Translations under genes and position numbers: made by a program | The notes under the pieces: generated by a model | Database searches by the model: none | What the model saw: the letters and a program-made list of their open reading frames with translations, nothing else | What the model was told of the DNA's origin: nothing | Shown: piece after piece, positions 7,794-16,030 of the stretch | How the letters are laid out: each line of letters starts with the position of its first letter | Position numbering within the stretch: position 1 is the stretch's first letter | Source: a virus | IMG/VR virus record: IMGVR_UViG_3300034072_002256 | Location: 11,274-75,273 of that record | Length of the DNA stretch: 64,000 nucleotides | Strand: one strand, 5' to 3'

Positions 7794-9362
7794 ATGAAAC
7801 GACAATCACCCATCCTCGACCGCTGGGGCAAACCCATCAATATTGACCTTGAAGTGCCGCAGACCAAAGATGAAGCCGCGCTGGCACACCTGCAAAGCCA
7901 CTACGGCGGGCACCCATCGTCTGGCCTGACTCCGGGCCGTATTGCAGCAATATTAAAAGATGCCGAACGCGGCAACCTGATTGCTCAGTGCGAACTGGCC
8001 GAGGATATGGAAGAGAAAGATGCTCATATCCAGTCTGAGTTGGGGAAACGCCGGCTGGCACTGATGTCTGTGCCCTGGAACATCACCGCGCCACCTGGTG
8101 CCAGCGCTGAAGAAAAGCGCGATGCAGAAATGATTGAATCACTGCTGCGCTCTGCGACCTGGCTTGATGATGCGATTTTTGATGCAGCAGATGCCATTCT
8201 AAAAGGCTTCAGCAATCAGGAACTGCATTGGGATTACATCGAGAACACGCATGTCATTGTGGGATGTGAGTGGACAGATCCAAGCTGGTTCCAGGTGCAT
8301 CCAAATGAACGCAACCAGCTGATGCTGCGCGATGGTAGTCATACCGGCATGGCCCTTCGCCAGTTCGGCTGGTTAAGCCATCGTGCGAAATCTAAAAGTG
8401 GCTACATTACCCGCACTGGTTTGGCCCGAGTTCTGGCATGGCCTTATCTGTTTAAAAACTACAGTGTGCGTGACTTGGCGGAATTTCTGGAGATTTACGG
8501 TTTGCCGCTTCGGATTGGTAAATATCCGGAAGGGGCCAGCCAGACAGAGAAAGCAACGTTACTTAGGGCCGTGATGTCGATTGGCCACAATGCCGGCGGC
8601 ATTATTCCCAAAGGTATGGAGATTGAGTTTGAGAAGGCCGCAGACGGGGCATCAGATCCGTTTATGGCGATGGTCGCCTGGGCGGAAAAGTCGCAGAGTA
8701 AAGCGATTCTGGGCGGAACGCTCACCAGCCAGGCTGACGGGAAAAGTTCGACTAATGCGCTTGGTAACGTGCATAACGATGTGCGTGAAGATATCCGTAA
8801 TGCCGATTTAAAAGCCCTTCAAAACAGCATTACACGGGACATTATTTATCCGTTGTATGCACTGAACTGTAAGAGTTACCAAAGCCCACACCGCCATCCG
8901 CGCTTTGAATTCGACACCTCAGAGGCTGAGGATTTATCTGCGCTGACATCACCGCTAAAAACTTTGGTGGAGTTGGGTATCCAAATCCCGCAAAGCTGGA
9001 TCCATGAAAAAGGGCGGATCCCGATGCCGGCCAACAATGAACCCGTGCTGACACTGCAGGCAGTAAAGACTGAGCCAGTCGAGCAGCTGCGAGGGGTTGC
9101 TGTATTAAAAGCGGACGTCAGTACCGATGACCAGACAGCAATTGAACATGCCCTGGATGCGCTATCGGCTGGTGAACTCAATACCGATATGGTGAGTGTA
9201 TTAAAGCCGCTGATGGCTTTGGCAGAGCAAGACCCGGATGGCCTTAGTGCCAAACTTGGCACTATCTGGCCTCAGATGGACGACCAGGCGCTGACAGAGC
9301 GGATTGCACAGGTCATGTTTGTGGCTGAATTGTGGGGGCAGGTGAATGCCGAAGCCATTTAG
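7794..9362 (+). CDS. Portal protein (Mu gp29/DUF935-like)
   Basis: EEKDAHI, FKNYSVRDLAEFLEIYGLP.RIGKYP, SKAILGGTLT, ALGNVHN motifs. Confidence 0.92.
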   Translation: MKRQSPILDRWGKPINIDLEVPQTKDEAALAHLQSHYGGHPSSGLTPGRIAAILKDAERGNLIAQCELAEDMEEKDAHIQSELGKRRLALMSVPWNITAPPGASAEEKRDAEMIESLLRSATWLDDAIFDAADAILKGFSNQELHWDYIENTHVIVGCEWTDPSWFQVHPNERNQLMLRDGSHTGMALRQFGWLSHRAKSKSGYITRTGLARVLAWPYLFKNYSVRDLAEFLEIYGLPLRIGKYPEGASQTEKATLLRAVMSIGHNAGGIIPKGMEIEFEKAADGASDPFMAMVAWAEKSQSKAILGGTLTSQADGKSSTNALGNVHNDVREDIRNADLKALQNSITRDIIYPLYALNCKSYQSPHRHPRFEFDTSEAEDLSALTSPLKTLVELGIQIPQSWIHEKGRIPMPANNEPVLTLQAVKTEPVEQLRGVAVLKADVSTDDQTAIEHALDALSAGELNTDMVSVLKPLMALAEQDPDGLSAKLGTIWPQMDDQALTERIAQVMFVAELWGQVNAEAI

Positions 9363-10671
9363 CCTGGCATCCGCTTTTGGTATGCCACCCAAAGATGCGG
9401 TGGCCTACTTTCGGGCCAAAGGCTATGCCGTCTCTGATAACTGGTGGGAAGTCTGGCAGGCGTCTCATGCCAGAGCATTTACCGTGGCCAAAGCCATGCG
9501 AATGGATGTGCTGACCACTATCCGGGCAGAGCTGGACAGAGCTATGTCTCAGGGCAGAACGGCAGACCAGTTCGCAAAAGACCTGGCGCCGACGTTAAAG
9601 AAGCTTGGTTGGTGGGGCAAGCAAATCTGGGCTGATGCAGCCGGTAATGCTCAGGAAGTGCAGCTTGGCAGCATGCACCGCCTACGCAACATCTACCGGG
9701 TCAATATGCAAACTGCGTACATGGCGGGCCGATATCGAGAGCAACTGGCCAATGTGGATGACCGGCCTTACTGGATGTATGTCGCTATTAAAGACAGCCA
9801 GACCCGGCCAAGTCATGCCAGGTTAAATGGTCGGATTTTTCGTTACGATGACCCTATCTGGAAACACATCTATCCACCAAACGGGTGGGGCTGTCGTTGC
9901 CGCGTTCGGGCATTGACCGAAGCCCAGGTGAAAAAGCTTGGCCGCTCTGTTGAAAACGGTGCTGGGTACATTGAAGAAATTAAGGCTGAAGCGGGCGTTG
10001 ATAAACGTACCGGCGAAGTGATCACCGTGGACCATGTTCGGATTAACTTACCGGGTGGAAAGAGTATGCAGCCGGATGTGGGCTGGGCCTATTCACCAGG
10101 GGAAGCCGGTTTCGGGACTGATGTGGCCATCGCACAAAAGCTGGCCCAAGCCAAAGACATCGACCTTCGCAGTCAGCTTATCCAATCTCTCAATAACAGC
10201 GAGCTTCGCCAGGCACAATTCGCCAACTGGGTGGACAAGGCGCTGGAGAATCGCCGGGCCGGGAATTCGGTGCAGACTCTGGGGTTCATGCAGGATTCTA
10301 TCCGCGATGTCGTCAACAACAAGCTCGGTATCGAGGCCAGTTATCTGATGGCCATCTCAGAAAAAGAGCTGCTGCATGCAGATAGCCCAAAACACCAGGC
10401 AAAAGGCGTCACGTTAAGTGCGACTGAGTATCAGCAATTACCAATGCTGCTGCAGCAGGCTGAAGCGGTGCTTTGGGATAAGGCGAATAATAATCTGATG
10501 TATGTGTTGCCATCGGTTGATGGTCAGGCCATTAAGATAATCGTCAACGCGAACTGGCAGATGAAGAAACAGCCACAGCTTTTAAACGCGGTGATCAATG
10601 TGTACAAAGTGCAGTGGGAAATGCTCGGTGGTGAGCAGTATGAAGCCATTCAGGGGAAATTGAGCAGGTAA
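9346..10671 (+). CDS. MuF (gpF) head morphogenesis protein with C-terminal BECR/PBECR-like extension
   Basis: AFTVAK, D..TRPSH..L.G, PPNGWGCRCRV MuF motifs; C-terminal ISEKELLH...KH...LP.LL.....VLWD pattern. Confidence 0.85.
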   Translation: MPKPFSLASAFGMPPKDAVAYFRAKGYAVSDNWWEVWQASHARAFTVAKAMRMDVLTTIRAELDRAMSQGRTADQFAKDLAPTLKKLGWWGKQIWADAAGNAQEVQLGSMHRLRNIYRVNMQTAYMAGRYREQLANVDDRPYWMYVAIKDSQTRPSHARLNGRIFRYDDPIWKHIYPPNGWGCRCRVRALTEAQVKKLGRSVENGAGYIEEIKAEAGVDKRTGEVITVDHVRINLPGGKSMQPDVGWAYSPGEAGFGTDVAIAQKLAQAKDIDLRSQLIQSLNNSELRQAQFANWVDKALENRRAGNSVQTLGFMQDSIRDVVNNKLGIEASYLMAISEKELLHADSPKHQAKGVTLSATEYQQLPMLLQQAEAVLWDKANNNLMYVLPSVDGQAIKIIVNANWQMKKQPQLLNAVINVYKVQWEMLGGEQYEAIQGKLSR

Positions 10672-10739
10672 CGGTGGGCCTCGAACCTCACACTCCCAAC
10701 GCATAGCGACGGCGATTTACCAATTAATCGTACGTTACC
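10667..10739 (-). ncRNA. tRNA-like (pseudo-tRNA) small RNA antisense to the MuF 3' end
   Basis: Minus strand: GGTAACG TAC GATT AATTGGTA AATC G CCGTC GCTATGC GTTGG GAGT GTG(A)GG TTCGAGG CCCAC CGTTACC. Perfect acceptor stem, D-loop GG, GTTCGA T-loop; imperfect anticodon arm; no encoded CCA. Confidence 0.75.
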
Positions 10740-10749
10740 TGTCCCCATC

Positions 10750-10778
10750 AGTATAAATCGAGGATAGAAAATGACCAA
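10750..10778 (-). promoter_or_regulatory. sigma70-like promoter for the tRNA-like RNA
   Basis: Minus strand TTGGTC-17bp-TATACT, with the -10 box ending 10 nt before the acceptor stem. Confidence 0.6.
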
Positions 10779-11229
10779 CCCCTTTGTGGTCGAACATAAC
10801 TTTGATGAGCTGTCGGCTGCATTAACTGGCCTGCAGCATCGTGCTGAAGATTTAACACCAGCCATGCGCAAGATTGGCGGCCTTTTGTCTGACATCACAG
10901 AAGAAGCTTTTGAAACGGAGTCTGATCCGGTAACCGGTGAATCCTGGCCGTGGCTGTCTGAAAACTACTTAAAGCGCCGACCAAACCGACGCAATGGCCA
11001 AATGCTACAGGCAAGTGCCGGCGGTCTGGCATCGAGCATCGCAGTCGATACAGGGGACATCTGGGCACAGATTGGCAGCAACAAACCTTATGCTGCTATA
11101 CACCAGTACGGCGGCACCGATGATATGGCGCCAGGACCAGCTGCTATTCCTGCCCGGCCTTATCTTGGCTTTGGAGAAAGCCACCATGATGAGATAGTCG
11201 GGATCATCAGAACTTATATTGAAGGGTGA
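10771..11229 (+). CDS. Mu gpG-like virion morphogenesis protein
   Basis: F..E.DP..G..W..LS, IGSNKPYAAIHQYGG, IPARPYLG motifs. Confidence 0.9.
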   Translation: MTNPFVVEHNFDELSAALTGLQHRAEDLTPAMRKIGGLLSDITEEAFETESDPVTGESWPWLSENYLKRRPNRRNGQMLQASAGGLASSIAVDTGDIWAQIGSNKPYAAIHQYGGTDDMAPGPAAIPARPYLGFGESHHDEIVGIIRTYIEG

Positions 11230-11350
11230 TTGTTACAGCGACGCACAGGAACGATTTTGGCGGCCTGTATTCGGATTTGGTGTCGTTGGGTTAAGTAGAC
11301 ATGCCTTGACTGTGTATGGCAGATTTAAAGGCCTATTAAACGGCATAAAA
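11230..11350. other. Candidate strong gyrase site (G-I intergenic, near genome centre)
   Basis: Position matches the Mu SGS; shares CGC..(N)GAA.CGATTT and TTTAAA-N5-TTAAACGG-like blocks with P2 51077-51175. Confidence 0.4.
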
Positions 11351-11372
11351 TTTGGGATGCAGGACGCGTTGC

Positions 11373-12101
11373 ATGAAAACTATAGAAATCGAATCGGTTG
11401 AACAATTTATAAAAGCAATTGGTAGTGATCACTTCTTTGTCCAGACAATCTATAGAGGACAATCATACAGGCAAGGTCTGTTGCCTGGAGTTTGTAGAGG
11501 AGATAATAAACGCAACACAACGAGTTCTGAAAAATTAATGTTGGAGCAATTGCGATTGCAAGCAGGCTCCTTAATATCGTCGAGCACGATGACAGATCTA
11601 GAGCTTATGATTTTTGCGCAGCATCACGGGTTAAAGACGAGACTGTTGGATTGGTCAACAAGTCCGCTGGTGGCTCTTTGGTTTGCATGTCAAGACGCAA
11701 ACCCAAATTCAGATAGTTATGTTTACAGCCTTGAATGCGATGACATAGTTGTCACTCAGAGATCTATTTCAGATCCTTTTGACCTAGAAAGAACGGTAGT
11801 TTTTCAGCCTGCGGTGAACAATAATCGGATGGCGGCACAGTCCGGATGGTTTTCACTGCACCACTTTTCTGAGAGTGATGGTCAGTTTGTCCCATTAGAA
11901 GCAAATAAGCGTATGCAAGGTGACTTATTAGTCGAGTATTACATTAGTAAAAAAGTTCGTGAGTTTCTAGTTCTACAACTTGATGCTCTCGGTGTTCATC
12001 ACAAAAGTATGTATCCTGATTTTTCTGGTCTATGTGAACATATAAACTATACCTACAAACACCTTTTAAAACCCGCAAAGACGAATAGTAAATTCCTTTA
12101 A
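11373..12101 (+). CDS. FRG-domain protein (moron)
   Basis: YRGQ, LLP...R, QHHGLKTRLLDWS.SPLVALWFA, N.R..AQ.G.F motifs; AT-rich; absent in P2. Confidence 0.9.
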   Translation: MKTIEIESVEQFIKAIGSDHFFVQTIYRGQSYRQGLLPGVCRGDNKRNTTSSEKLMLEQLRLQAGSLISSSTMTDLELMIFAQHHGLKTRLLDWSTSPLVALWFACQDANPNSDSYVYSLECDDIVVTQRSISDPFDLERTVVFQPAVNNNRMAAQSGWFSLHHFSESDGQFVPLEANKRMQGDLLVEYYISKKVREFLVLQLDALGVHHKSMYPDFSGLCEHINYTYKHLLKPAKTNSKFL

Positions 12102-12162
12102 TTTAGCCACTTAAACCTTCTCCCGCAAAATCAGCTCAGTGAATTTTTTGACCTGAGCTGAT
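12088..12162 (+). promoter_or_regulatory. Putative Mor/C-activated late promoter plus RBS hairpin (head operon)
   Basis: GTAAATTCCTTTAAT-N23-CAAAAT; stem ATCAGCTCAG/CTGAGCTGAT (12130-12162) abutting ATG 12163. Confidence 0.65.
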
Positions 12163-13266
12163 ATGTCCACCAAAACCGCCATCGCCCTTGCTGTTCTGAC
12201 CGCCACCACTGGCGGCATGGCTGTATTGACCAGTGTGCTTGATTTGTCTGTTGACGATGAATGGGCGCAGCTGACACCAGATGGTGAATTCTCTGCTGTC
12301 GACGGCCGGCCTTTTGATGTGCCTGGCCGCAAATGGTTGATGAATGCCGATATCGCCGCTCAGGTGATTGCCCGTGTGCAAAGCCGTGCAAATGACCTGG
12401 TCATTGACTACGAGCATCAGACTCTGGAAACAGAGAAAAACGGCAAGCCAGCCCCGGCTGCCGGTTGGTTCAAAGAAATTGAGTACCGCCCAGGGCTTGG
12501 TCTCTTTATCAAACCTGTCTGGACGGAAAACGCAGCGGAGTTCATCCGCAAAAAAGAATACCGCTATCTGTCCGCCGTTTTCCCATACGACAAATCCACT
12601 GGCGCCGTGCTCGATGTCCGCATGGCGGCAATCACCAATTTCCCTGGTCTTGATGGCATGCAGTCTCTTGCCGCATTGGCCGCCCGGAAGTTTCAAACCA
12701 ACCAACCTAACCACGGAGACGCCCACATGTGGAAACAACTTTTAGCCAAGCTGGGAATTACCCTGGCTGATGGCCAGGAGCCAACAGCTGAGCAAGTCGC
12801 TCTGGCTGAAACTGCATTGGCTGCCTTAAAGGCCAAAGCAGACCAGTCCGACAGCCTCAATGAACAAGTCGCAGCACTCAAAGCCAATCCTGGCAATGTC
12901 GACCTGCAGCAATATGTGCCGGTGACCACTTACAACGCTTTGTTGGGTGAAGTGGCTGCACTGCGTCAGAACGCTGAAACCGGCGATATCAATCAGCTGA
13001 TTGAGAAAGGCCATCAGGACGGCAAAGTGCTGGCCGCTGAAAAAGACTACCTGCAGCAGTTCGCGACTCAGCACGGCTTTGCTGCGCTCAAATCATTGAT
13101 TGCCGCCCGGCCAGTTTTGGCGGCGCTGAAGTCAACCCAAACCTCCCAAACCCAACAATCTGAATCCGGCAAAACGGAGCTGAGCGCCGAAGATCTGGCT
13201 GTGTGTAAAGCCTGCGGTATCAGCCCTGAAGACTTCCGGAAAACCAAAGAAGGAATGACCGCGTGA
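12163..13266 (+). CDS. Prohead protease/scaffold (Mu gpI-like)
   Basis: DGRP, IDYEHQT, APAAGW, EYRYLSAVF, AAITN.P.LDGM motifs. Confidence 0.93.
   Translation: MSTKTAIALAVLTATTGGMAVLTSVLDLSVDDEWAQLTPDGEFSAVDGRPFDVPGRKWLMNADIAAQVIARVQSRANDLVIDYEHQTLETEKNGKPAPAAGWFKEIEYRPGLGLFIKPVWTENAAEFIRKKEYRYLSAVFPYDKSTGAVLDVRMAAITNFPGLDGMQSLAALAARKFQTNQPNHGDAHMWKQLLAKLGITLADGQEPTAEQVALAETALAALKAKADQSDSLNEQVAALKANPGNVDLQQYVPVTTYNALLGEVAALRQNAETGDINQLIEKGHQDGKVLAAEKDYLQQFATQHGFAALKSLIAARPVLAALKSTQTSQTQQSESGKTELSAEDLAVCKACGISPEDFRKTKEGMTA
12727..13266 (+). CDS. Nested scaffold protein (Mu gpZ-like, internal in-frame start)
   Basis: GGAG RBS and in-frame ATG at 12727; same CACGGAGA..ATG arrangement at 51857 in P2. 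Confidence 0.65.
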   Translation: MWKQLLAKLGITLADGQEPTAEQVALAETALAALKAKADQSDSLNEQVAALKANPGNVDLQQYVPVTTYNALLGEVAALRQNAETGDINQLIEKGHQDGKVLAAEKDYLQQFATQHGFAALKSLIAARPVLAALKSTQTSQTQQSESGKTELSAEDLAVCKACGISPEDFRKTKEGMTA

Positions 13267-13637
13267 GCTTAGCAACCCGTGAAGGCTTAAAGCGTCGCTA
13301 CCCAGTGAAGGCTGCGACCAAGTTAACGGCTAATACCGCCATCTTACTGGTGGCCGGCCTTGCGACTCCCATCGCGATGGTCGCCGGCTTATCAGGTGGT
13401 GTCAGCACTTTTGAAGTGGATAACACGGCTGGCGCTGACGGTGCTGCATTTGTGGAAGTGATTGTTGGTGAGCACAAGTTTGTGAACTCCGGCGATATCA
13501 CCCGCGCTGAAGTCGGCACGACCGCTTATTTCGTCAATGCCCGTTCTCTGTCGAAGGTAAACACCGGTGGCCGTCCAGCTGCGGGGAAAATTACCCAGGT
13601 CGACGAAGACGGCGTGTGGGTTGTGCTCGGCGTTTAA
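13263..13637 (+). CDS. Putative head decoration/cement protein
   Basis: Small beta-rich protein between protease and capsid, DNT.GADG motif, ends GVWV; absent in P2. Confidence 0.6.
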   Translation: MSLATREGLKRRYPVKAATKLTANTAILLVAGLATPIAMVAGLSGGVSTFEVDNTAGADGAAFVEVIVGEHKFVNSGDITRAEVGTTAYFVNARSLSKVNTGGRPAAGKITQVDEDGVWVVLGV

Positions 13638-13675
13638 TGCCAGGCATCAGTTTTAACCGGTTTTAGGAAAACAAC

Positions 13676-14569
13676 ATGAAAATCACACAAGCTGCCTTAT
13701 CGGCACTTTTCACAGCGGTCAATGCCGCATTTAACCAAGGGCGCAACTCATACACGCCTTCCTGGAGTCGCATTGCCACATTGGTCACTTCGACCACGTC
13801 GCAGGAAAACTATGGCTGGCTGGGTGAGTTCAGCCGACTGCGCGAATGGATTGGCGACCGCCAGGTCAACAAAGCCAAAGTGTTCGATTACTCGATTAAA
13901 AACAAAAAGTTTGAAGCCACTGAAGGTATTCAACGCGAGTACATCGAAGATGACACCTATGGCGTGTTAATGCCGAAGTTCTCGGACATGGGCTATGCCG
14001 CCGCATCACACCCGGATGAACTGGTGTATGCGTTATTGGCCGCCGGCTTTACCAGCAACTGTTTTGATGGTCAGTTCTTCTTTGATACCGACCACCCGGT
14101 TGGTCTTGAAGGTCAGGAAACGTCTGTCAGCAATATGCAGGCTGGTGCTGGTTCGCCTTGGTTCCTGCTCGATACCAGTCGCCCGTTAAAGCCGCTGATT
14201 TTCCAAAAACGTCGTGAATACAACCTGGCAGCAAAAACCGATGCCGGCACGTCTGATCACGTGTTTATGAAAGATGAGTACCTGTACGGCGTGGATGCAC
14301 GGGTCAACGTTGGCTTTGGCTTCTGGCAGATGGCGTTTGGTTCAAAGGCCGCTCTGGATGAAACCAACTTCAACGCTGCTGTGGAAGCGATGATGAGCTT
14401 CAAGTCCGATCAGGGCCGTCCACTGGGTGTCAATCCGAACCTGCTGGTTACGGGGCCGAAAAACCGTGCTGCAGCCAAAGCACTGATTGAAGCCCAGCAA
14501 AAGGCCAATGGTGCCAGCAACCCGAACTACAAAGCTGTGGAAGTTCTGGTTGTCCCTTGGCTGCAATAA
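13676..14569 (+). CDS. Major capsid protein (Mu gpT-like)
   Basis: YGWLG...REWIGDR, FDGQ.FFDTDHPV, KPLIFQ.R, GFGFWQMA motifs. Confidence 0.95.
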   Translation: MKITQAALSALFTAVNAAFNQGRNSYTPSWSRIATLVTSTTSQENYGWLGEFSRLREWIGDRQVNKAKVFDYSIKNKKFEATEGIQREYIEDDTYGVLMPKFSDMGYAAASHPDELVYALLAAGFTSNCFDGQFFFDTDHPVGLEGQETSVSNMQAGAGSPWFLLDTSRPLKPLIFQKRREYNLAAKTDAGTSDHVFMKDEYLYGVDARVNVGFGFWQMAFGSKAALDETNFNAAVEAMMSFKSDQGRPLGVNPNLLVTGPKNRAAAKALIEAQQKANGASNPNYKAVEVLVVPWLQ

Positions 14570-14577
14570 GCCCTGGT

Positions 14578-14604
14578 GAGTGACGGCTTGCCGTCACTCC
14601 TTTC
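14578..14604 (+). terminator. Hairpin/weak terminator after capsid gene
   Basis: GAGTGACGGC-TT-GCCGTCACTC followed by CTTTC. Confidence 0.5.
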
Positions 14605-14634
14605 TCCTGTTCCTGACAAAGAGGACATCATGCG

Positions 14635-15018
14635 ATGGAAACAATCGTTGTTGTATCGGGTGCTCATAGCGGTTACCGCCGTGCTGGGCGCGCATTTGAA
14701 CCCGGTGAGAATATTGTGGAGCTTTCGACAGTTAGCGAAGAGCAGTTATTGCAGCTCAAAGCTGATCCGCGGCTGGTTGTATTACAAGCGCCATCTGATG
14801 GCGTATCTGCGACCGGCAATGCTTCGCAAAGCGTTCAAACCTTAGAGGAAGCCTTTGCACTGCTGGACCCGGCAAACACTGAGCACTTTACCGGCTCTGG
14901 CCTGCCGCAAACACAGGCGCTGACCAAGCTGGTGGGCCGCACAGTCAATGCAGCTGAGCGCGACAGTGCCTGGGCGGTATTCAAAGCCAAACAAACACCG
15001 GCTGACGGTCAGGGCTAA
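14635..15018 (+). CDS. Mu gp35/HI1506-like protein
   Basis: GYRRAGR.F, L..LKADPRL.V, HFT.SG.P motifs; follows capsid. Confidence 0.7.
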   Translation: METIVVVSGAHSGYRRAGRAFEPGENIVELSTVSEEQLLQLKADPRLVVLQAPSDGVSATGNASQSVQTLEEAFALLDPANTEHFTGSGLPQTQALTKLVGRTVNAAERDSAWAVFKAKQTPADGQG

Positions 15019-15020
15019 CC

Positions 15021-15440
15021 ATGTACGCCACAGTCTCTGATTTGCAGCAACGATTCTCCGACAGCGAACTGGTCTCACTGACCGACCGCATGCAGACAGG
15101 CTCCATTGATATGGACCTGCTGCAGGGGCGCATCACCAGCGCATCGGCCCGGATGGATAGTTATCTCGCTGGACGTTACAGCTTGCCACTGGCGCAAGTC
15201 CCAGTGGTGCTTGTTGATGTTTGTGCGGATTTGGTGCGCTACAGCCTGTATGACCAATCAGTGCCGGATGTGGTGAAAAGCCGCTTTGATGATGCCGTTC
15301 GCTTTTTAGAACAAGTCAGCAAAGGGGCTGTCCAGCTGCAAATTCAGGGGATTGGCCCTGCAGCACAACCAGAGAATCTGATTGTGATGGAGTCAGACGG
15401 CCATGTCTTTGGCCGGCGTACCAGCAAAGGATTCATCTGA
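15021..15440 (+). CDS. Head-tail adaptor (Mu gp36/DUF1320-like)
   Basis: MYAT..DL..RF, DSYLAGRY.LPL, D..RY.LY motifs. Confidence 0.88.
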   Translation: MYATVSDLQQRFSDSELVSLTDRMQTGSIDMDLLQGRITSASARMDSYLAGRYSLPLAQVPVVLVDVCADLVRYSLYDQSVPDVVKSRFDDAVRFLEQVSKGAVQLQIQGIGPAAQPENLIVMESDGHVFGRRTSKGFI

Positions 15441-15877
15441 TGCTCAAACAGGTCGTTGAAAAGCTTCGTCAGGCTTTGGACAACCATGGGGCGTCACGAT
15501 TCCCCGAGGTTGGCAGTGCCATGACTGTGGCCAATGCCTTTGATAACGGCTGCCGGAAACCGCTGGAACTCTACGTGGTGCCGCTCCCTGGGAGTTACCG
15601 CGCAGCCAGTCAGGATCTGGGGCCACTGGTTCAGGTCGGGGTTGAAGATGTCGGCGTTATCGTCGGGATGCGTTCTCCAAACGATGCCACCGGCACGAAA
15701 GTCGCGGCGGAGCTGGATGCGCTCAAATCTGACTTGCTGGAGTGCTTGCTGGGTTTTGCGCCCACACCAAATCACGAGCGGTTAACTCTCAAATCGTTCG
15801 ATCCGATAGGCCTTAAAAAAGACTGCTTTTGGGTCATATACCGCTTCAGTAGCGCTGTGTATATCCGGCAGAACTAA
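15440..15877 (+). CDS. Putative tail terminator/neck protein
   Basis: Position after adaptor; LLG..P motif; homolog at 54241-54678. Confidence 0.6.
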   Translation: MLKQVVEKLRQALDNHGASRFPEVGSAMTVANAFDNGCRKPLELYVVPLPGSYRAASQDLGPLVQVGVEDVGVIVGMRSPNDATGTKVAAELDALKSDLLECLLGFAPTPNHERLTLKSFDPIGLKKDCFWVIYRFSSAVYIRQN

Positions 15878-15887
15878 GGAAAGCCAG

Positions 15888-16028
15888 ATGGCAAAAAAAC
15901 AAGAGCAGCCGGCCGAACCGGCAGAGTTTACCCCGCCAGGTGGCGGTGGTCGTTATCAACTGATTGATGGTGTGCCAGAGCCAGTGACTGACGCTGAGCA
16001 GGCCAACGAACAACCAACCGGAGAGTAA
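15888..16028 (+). CDS. 46-aa hypothetical protein (not in ORF track)
   Basis: AAGGA RBS; MAKKQEQPAEPAEFTPPGGGGRYQLIDG...; clear homolog at 54682-54822. Confidence 0.75.
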   Translation: MAKKQEQPAEPAEFTPPGGGGRYQLIDGVPEPVTDAEQANEQPTGE

Positions 16029-16030
16029 GC

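Noticed and set aside
10667-10739. Functional canonical tRNA (TAT anticodon)
   Set aside because: The anticodon loop lacks Y32/U33, the stem has a T-T mismatch, the T-stem is bulged and no CCA is encoded; reported as tRNA-like ncRNA instead.
14576-14845. 89-aa ORF after the capsid gene
   Set aside because: Overlaps a hairpin and the conserved gp35-like gene in another frame; no P2 counterpart.
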